Positions 58,780-64,000 of a DNA stretch of 64,000 nt are shown piece by piece. This DNA comes from Dehalococcoidia bacterium (lineage in GTDB: Bacteria > Chloroflexota > Dehalococcoidia > Lucifugimonadales > UBA3495): the NCBI GenBank assembly GCA_045562555.1, contig JBJKVO010000016.1, positions 117,651 through 181,650 of the forward strand, written 5' to 3'. Under the pieces are notes generated by a model that saw only the letters and a list, made by a program, of their open reading frames with translations, made no database searches and was not told the origin of the DNA. The number at the start of each line of letters is the position of its first letter. Positions within the stretch are counted from its first letter, which is position 1. Position numbers and translations under genes: made by a program.

Positions 58780-60420
58780 GTGGACGGGAAAGCAAAAGTA
58801 GCTGATATACTGAAACAGGAAGGAGTAGAATTTGTTTTCTGCTTCCCCAACAACGTCTTGATAGATGCTGTGGCTGAAGCTGGCATCAGACCTATTATTT
58901 CCAGAGTTGAAAGAACCGCGATTAATATGGCAGATGGATACACCCGCATAAAAAATGGTAACAAGAATGGAGTATGCATCTTTCAAGCTGGACCTGGAAT
59001 AGAAAACGCCTTTTCAGGAGTGGCACAAGCCTATTCAGACTCCACGCCGATCCTCATCCTGCCCGGTCATCAAGGAAATGGTCGCGTGGGAATGACAAGC
59101 GATTTCAATGCATCTTCCAATTATCAACACATAACTAAGTGGTCCGACTTTGTGAATTCCCAAGAGCGAATCACAGAAATGATGAGAAGGGCCTATACTA
59201 ACCTGCGTATCGGGAGGCCCCAGCCGGTTCTTCTAGAAATGCCGAATGATGTTATGAATAGCGCCTATGATGAGTTAAACCCCTCCTATAACCCTGTAAT
59301 CCCCAGAAAAAGTTCAGGAGACCCTAAAGATATTGAAAAAGTTGCTCGATTACTCGTAGAGGCTGAACGCCCGGTGATCTACGCTGGTCAAGGAGTATTG
59401 TACGCAGAAGCCTCTGAAGAATTGGTTGCCCTCTCAGAATCATTGGGTATTCCTGTATTGACCACAACCCTTGGTAAGAGCGCTTTCCCTGAGAATCACC
59501 CGCTGTCTCTCGGAACAGGAGGTAACACCTGTACAAAAATGGTTGGAGAATTCCTGAAAGACGCCGATGTAGTATTCGGAATAGGTACAAGCTTTCAGAA
59601 AACATTAGCCTCTGCCCCTGTTGCTTCTGGGAAAACCATTATACAGTCAACTATTGATGACAAGGATATAAATGGTGAATACGAAGTTAGCGAGATAATC
59701 ATAGGAGATTCCAAATTAGTCTTGCAGCAACTCCTTGAAGTTATTCAAGAATTGAACATTACAGGTGACACAGAACAAAAATATCAGACAATTGAGAAAA
59801 TCCAAAGACTTAGAAATGAATTTCTGGCTGAGTGGGAGCCTCGATTAACCTCTAATAGTACTCCAATCAGCCCTTATAGAGTCGTTTGGGAACTCGAGAA
59901 TAACCTGGACAAAGCAAATTCCATCGTAACACACGATTCTGGAAACCCACGGGACCAAATAGTGCCTTTCTATACGGCGACTGTTCCACGGGGTTATTTG
60001 GGGTGGGGAAATTCAACACCGCTAGGAGCAGGTTTTGGATTAGCAATGGGAGCCAAATTAGCAGAACCTTCTAAGACCGTAGTCAATCTGATGGGGGACA
60101 CAGCTGTCGGAATGATGGGAACGGACTTCGAAACGGCGGTTCGTGAAGAAATTGGAACTATCACGGTGATTATCAACAACGGTGCGATGGGGGGCTATGA
60201 GAAACACATGCCTATCGCCATCGAAAAATACAATTCAAAATACACTACAGGCAATTATGCAGAGATGGCAACAAGCCTAGGTGCTCACGCAGAAAGGATC
60301 ACTGACCCGGCAGAGATTGCAGATAGTATCAAGCGTGCGGTCACAATTTCCCAAGACAATCAACCTGTGGTGCTGGAATTTTTGACTAGAGAAGAACCAA
60401 TACTTTCAAATTACTATTAG
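58780..60420 (+). CDS. Thiamine pyrophosphate-requiring enzyme
   Basis: ERTAINMADGY, GPGIEN, THDSGNPRDQ and GDTA..NN motifs. Confidence 0.9.
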   Translation: MDGKAKVADILKQEGVEFVFCFPNNVLIDAVAEAGIRPIISRVERTAINMADGYTRIKNGNKNGVCIFQAGPGIENAFSGVAQAYSDSTPILILPGHQGNGRVGMTSDFNASSNYQHITKWSDFVNSQERITEMMRRAYTNLRIGRPQPVLLEMPNDVMNSAYDELNPSYNPVIPRKSSGDPKDIEKVARLLVEAERPVIYAGQGVLYAEASEELVALSESLGIPVLTTTLGKSAFPENHPLSLGTGGNTCTKMVGEFLKDADVVFGIGTSFQKTLASAPVASGKTIIQSTIDDKDINGEYEVSEIIIGDSKLVLQQLLEVIQELNITGDTEQKYQTIEKIQRLRNEFLAEWEPRLTSNSTPISPYRVVWELENNLDKANSIVTHDSGNPRDQIVPFYTATVPRGYLGWGNSTPLGAGFGLAMGAKLAEPSKTVVNLMGDTAVGMMGTDFETAVREEIGTITVIINNGAMGGYEKHMPIAIEKYNSKYTTGNYAEMATSLGAHAERITDPAEIADSIKRAVTISQDNQPVVLEFLTREEPILSNYY

Positions 60421-60430
60421 GACGGTTAAT

Positions 60431-60670
60431 ATGGCATTCGTAATCACCGAACCATGTGTGGGAGTCAAAGACGCTAGTTGCGTAGATGTATGTCCTGTTT
60501 CATGCATAAAAACTAATGAAGATTCAGACCAATATTATATAGATCCAGCAACGTGCACTAACTGTAATTATTGCGAGCCCGTATGCCCCGTGAGTGCTAT
60601 TTTTGATGGATTTAGCGTACCTGCTCAGTACGATTCATACATTCTCAAAAACAAACAGTTTTTTTCATGA
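60431..60670 (+). CDS. 7Fe-type (FdxA-like) ferredoxin
   Basis: CVGVKDASCVDVCP and CTNCNYCEPVCP motifs. Confidence 0.92.
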   Translation: MAFVITEPCVGVKDASCVDVCPVSCIKTNEDSDQYYIDPATCTNCNYCEPVCPVSAIFDGFSVPAQYDSYILKNKQFFS

Positions 60671-60683
60671 ACAAAGTGTTTGT

Positions 60684-62843
60684 TTAAGACTGCTTGACTA
60701 CTCTTCGCTCCCGATGAAGTATAGGTTCGGTGTATCCGGAAGGTTGGGTCAAACCATCAAACACCAACGCCTTAGCCGCATTAAAGGCGACGTTCGTCTC
60801 AGTGTTGCCAGCCATCGGAATATATGAAGGATCGCCGGCATTTTGCCTGTCCACGACTCCAGCCATATGCTCGAATACGTTATCAACTTGCTGCCTCGAA
60901 CATATCCCATGATGCAACCAGTTGGCTATGTGCTGACTGGAGATTCTAAGGGTCGCCCTGTCCTCCATTAATCCAATGTCATTTATATCTGGCACTTTCG
61001 AACACCCAATCCCTTGATCTACCCATCTGACAACGTACCCTAGAATCCCTTGTGCGTTATTTTCTAATTCTGCAGTTATATCGTCTTCTGACCACTTTGG
61101 AGATAATTCGATAGGTACGTTTAGAATACTGTCGACTTTAGCCCTACCCCTGGATGCTAACTCCTTTTGCCTTTCGGTTACATCTATTTGATGGTAGTGC
61201 AGCGCGTGTATTGTGGCAGCGGTTGGAGAAGGAACCCAAGCCGTGTTTGCTCCTGCTTCTGGGTGACCGTGCTTTTGTTCGAACATTGCAGCCATCAGAT
61301 CAGGCATCGCCCACATTCCTTTACCTATCTGGGCTTTCCCTGGCAATCCGCATTCAATACCTATGTCAACATTCCAGTTCTCATAGGCGCTGATCCATTC
61401 AGCCTGTCTCATGTCCCCTTTTCGCACCATAGGTCCAGCATTCATAGAAGTGTGGATTTCATCTCCTGTCCGATCCAAGAAACCAGTGTTAATGAAGGCT
61501 ACCCTACTGCTAGCTTGCCTAATACATTCTTTTAGGTTCACCGTAGTCCTTCGTTCTTCATCCATGATTCCCATTTTCACAGTGTTGATAGCAAGCCCCA
61601 GTAACTTCTCTACTCGTGCAAAAGTATCATTTGCAAATTTCACTTCTTCGGGTCCGTGCATTTTCGGTTTCACTATATATATGGAACCAGCAGGCGAATT
61701 CGAACGATATTTCTTGAGGTCTATTGCCCCAATTGCTATGGTCGTAATCGCATCGATCAGCCCTTCTGGAACCTCATTTCCTCCTGAAGTCGTAATCAGA
61801 TCAGTGGTCATTAGGTGCCCTACATTTCTTATCAACAAAAGAGAGCGTCCTCTCAAATTACCTGCAGACCCATCAGCCAAAATGATTTCCTGATCTTCAT
61901 TTAATCTCCTGTCTATTTGTTCTCCGTTTTTATTGAAAGAAGTTGACAAAGAACCATCCATCAGACCCAACCAGTTTTTGTAGGCTTCAACTTTATCTGA
62001 GGCATCTACCGTGGCAACCGAATCCTCTAAATCGATGATCGTTGTAACAGCAGATTCCAACAAGATATCTGACATGCCGCAATTGTCTTGGCTGGCAACC
62101 ACACTACTAGGGTCAAACATTAGTTGAATATGTAATTTATTGCGTTGCAATATGATAGATGAAGGATTAGATGCATCTCCGGTCCATCCTACGAAAGCTT
62201 TAGGTTCGTTCAATTGGAGTGTTTGGCCCTTGCCATTAACGGCAACAAGTTCACCTTTTATTACCCCGAAAGACTGGATATCGGCATAGTGTCCTTGTTT
62301 AAGAGGTACTGAAGAATCCAGGATTTCTTTGCCCCGTTGTATGACTGCTGCACCTCTTATTTCGTTATAGCCAGGACCTTTTGTGCGTCCTTCTGTCTCG
62401 GGGATGATATCAGTGCCATATAATGCATCATACAAGCTACCCCATCTGGCATTTGCGGCGTTGAGAGCATACCTAGCGTTGGTAATTGGAACAACCAATT
62501 GGGGACCTGCTATGTCGCTGATTTCTGAGTCCACGTCAGTCGTTGAAATCTGGAACTTTTCGCCTTCCTCAACGAGGTAACCGATATCTATAAGCATCTG
62601 TTTGTAAATTTCAGGGCTAAAGGACCCTGGGTTAGCTAAGTGCCATTGATCAATTTTACTTTGCAGGTTTTCCCTTTGTAGCAGAAGCTCCTGGTTAACC
62701 GGGATTAAATCGTTTAATATATCAGACAGTCCAGTCCAGAAGATGTCTTTATCTATGTCCAGTTCTGGAAGAATCTCTGCATTGATAAATGTATGATAAG
62801 ATTCAGCGACTTGATATTCACCTATGTTTGTATACGACTCCAT
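60684..62843 (-). CDS. glcB: Malate synthase G
   Basis: NAANARWGSLYDALYGTD, RNVGHLM, KPKMHGP, MDEERRT, NTGFLDRTGDE and LMEDRATLRISSQ motifs. Confidence 0.98.
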   Translation of the reverse strand: MESYTNIGEYQVAESYHTFINAEILPELDIDKDIFWTGLSDILNDLIPVNQELLLQRENLQSKIDQWHLANPGSFSPEIYKQMLIDIGYLVEEGEKFQISTTDVDSEISDIAGPQLVVPITNARYALNAANARWGSLYDALYGTDIIPETEGRTKGPGYNEIRGAAVIQRGKEILDSSVPLKQGHYADIQSFGVIKGELVAVNGKGQTLQLNEPKAFVGWTGDASNPSSIILQRNKLHIQLMFDPSSVVASQDNCGMSDILLESAVTTIIDLEDSVATVDASDKVEAYKNWLGLMDGSLSTSFNKNGEQIDRRLNEDQEIILADGSAGNLRGRSLLLIRNVGHLMTTDLITTSGGNEVPEGLIDAITTIAIGAIDLKKYRSNSPAGSIYIVKPKMHGPEEVKFANDTFARVEKLLGLAINTVKMGIMDEERRTTVNLKECIRQASSRVAFINTGFLDRTGDEIHTSMNAGPMVRKGDMRQAEWISAYENWNVDIGIECGLPGKAQIGKGMWAMPDLMAAMFEQKHGHPEAGANTAWVPSPTAATIHALHYHQIDVTERQKELASRGRAKVDSILNVPIELSPKWSEDDITAELENNAQGILGYVVRWVDQGIGCSKVPDINDIGLMEDRATLRISSQHIANWLHHGICSRQQVDNVFEHMAGVVDRQNAGDPSYIPMAGNTETNVAFNAAKALVFDGLTQPSGYTEPILHRERRVVKQS

Positions 62844-62942
62844 ATTTCCCTCGTAGATATAATTTTCCCAATGGTCTCATTCTACAAAACATTCTTCAGT
62901 TTGAAAACTTTGGGTATTTTGTGATATTAATCTAGTCACACA

Positions 62943-63263
62943 TTGAATTCTACGAGTGAAGGAATATATTTGAATACAGCTATCAAATTTAATACAACCA
63001 CAGTATTTTCGATAGAAACCCTCACTCAGAAAGTTTCACAAGTTGATCCAATGCTTCACCCTGTGGGTATCACCCCTAAGCCAATTGTTGAGCCTTGTCA
63101 CTTTGATTATGTAACCAAATACCCCTCGCAGGCGAATGGTATTTGGGGTTCAATTTCAGCAGCACTATTAGTGCTCTCGTTTTCTGCTATTCTAATCTCA
63201 ATAAGCCTGATACTTTTATACCTGTTGTTATTTCAGTTAGGCTTGGTTCGAATCGTTTCATAG
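62943..63263 (+). CDS. Hypothetical protein with C-terminal TM helix (start uncertain)
   Basis: 106-aa ORF filling the gap, with a long hydrophobic C-terminal segment. Confidence 0.4.
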   Translation: MNSTSEGIYLNTAIKFNTTTVFSIETLTQKVSQVDPMLHPVGITPKPIVEPCHFDYVTKYPSQANGIWGSISAALLVLSFSAILISISLILLYLLLFQLGLVRIVS

Positions 63264-63323
63264 TCTTGAAAAAATGGGCCACATAATGTTGTTACCGTAG
63301 AACTCGTACCCTAGAATATACTG

Positions 63324-64000
63324 ATGGACCGATACAAATACTACTTAAACATCGGATTAGAATTTAGTTGGCTCACTGTCGCGTTATTTCTTCCATTATT
63401 ACTAACTACAGAATCAAGCTTTATTTCTCAAGACCTTTACTCCCGCTTTGAAGTTCCTAAAACGATTTTTCTGAAAGTATTTGCGGCAATAGTACTGATT
63501 CTTTGGATGCTTAAAGAGTCTACTAGTTCATCCGGCGCCATCTATTCAATATTTACAAGTACAGTCCGTTTGCGAGCGATAAAAATGGACTCCGCTTTCT
63601 TTATAGTTACGGCCATCATTCTGCTAGTCTTCTCGACATTTATAGCCACTATACTGTCAGCCAGCCCAACCACAAGCATGTGGGGGCATCAGCCAGGGAA
63701 TGACCCTTTTTCGATGTACTCCCTGATTTGTTATACCATCCTTTTTGGTGCGCTAGCCAGGAATGTCCAAACCCCCGCCCAAATCGACCGGATATTGATC
63801 GTATTTGTATTTTCAGCAACTCTAGTCGCTGTATATGGCATCTTTGAGTATTTTGGAATGGACCTTGTTACTACCAATGAGGCAGCCAATTTCAGTAGGA
63901 TTTCAAGCACCCTTGGGAATCCGCTCGTCGCTGGGTCTTTCTTTGTCATTTCTGCAGGAATAACGCTCACTTCTCTGTTCCATACCTTGCATCCTGGCAT
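63324..64000 (+). CDS. Polytopic membrane protein, O-antigen ligase-like, truncated by the window end and absent from the ORF track
   Basis: Open frame MDRYKYYLNIGLEFSWL..FEVPK..SMWG..YGIFEYFG..RISSTLGNP. Confidence 0.75.
   Translation, partial: MDRYKYYLNIGLEFSWLTVALFLPLLLTTESSFISQDLYSRFEVPKTIFLKVFAAIVLILWMLKESTSSSGAIYSIFTSTVRLRAIKMDSAFFIVTAIILLVFSTFIATILSASPTTSMWGHQPGNDPFSMYSLICYTILFGALARNVQTPAQIDRILIVFVFSATLVAVYGIFEYFGMDLVTTNEAANFSRISSTLGNPLVAGSFFVISAGITLTSLFHTLHPG

Noticed and set aside
63731-64000. 89-aa minus-strand ORF
   Set aside because: It is antisense to the open + strand membrane protein starting at 63324

Overview
Gene-dense bacterial chromosomal window of moderate GC, with no recognisable prophage, IS, CRISPR or rRNA. 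Gene content suggests a marine Chloroflexota, probably SAR202/Dehalococcoidia (inference): F420 biosynthesis cofGHDC, two luciferase-like oxidoreductases, two TPP enzymes, DUF1800/DUF1501, class V FBP aldolase/phosphatase and a GlnR-like regulator. Housekeeping genes are uvrB (partial), recG, fakA/fakB-like, ruvB, fabI, purT, aspS, typA, glcB, tRNA-Arg(UCG) and tRNA-His. The most notable items are: (1) a signal-peptide-less DUF1800-DUF1501-NHL-LLM operon behind typA; (2) a B12-binding radical-SAM-like protein that lacks the CxxxCxxC motif; (3) a split D-glutamate-cyclase-like pair (DUF1445 + DUF4392) divergent from a GlnR-like regulator; (4) an unannotated 58-aa Zn-ribbon gene with a near-consensus promoter ahead of an atypical kinase and a convergent PD-(D/E)XK nuclease; (5) a SeqA-N-like/Mrr-N-like DNA-binding protein; (6) a metallopeptidase with a Cys-containing C-terminal sorting-like tail. 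Three genes (two MFS, one ADH) carry single-base indels that look like sequencing errors. All family calls come from motif recognition by eye, not database searches.
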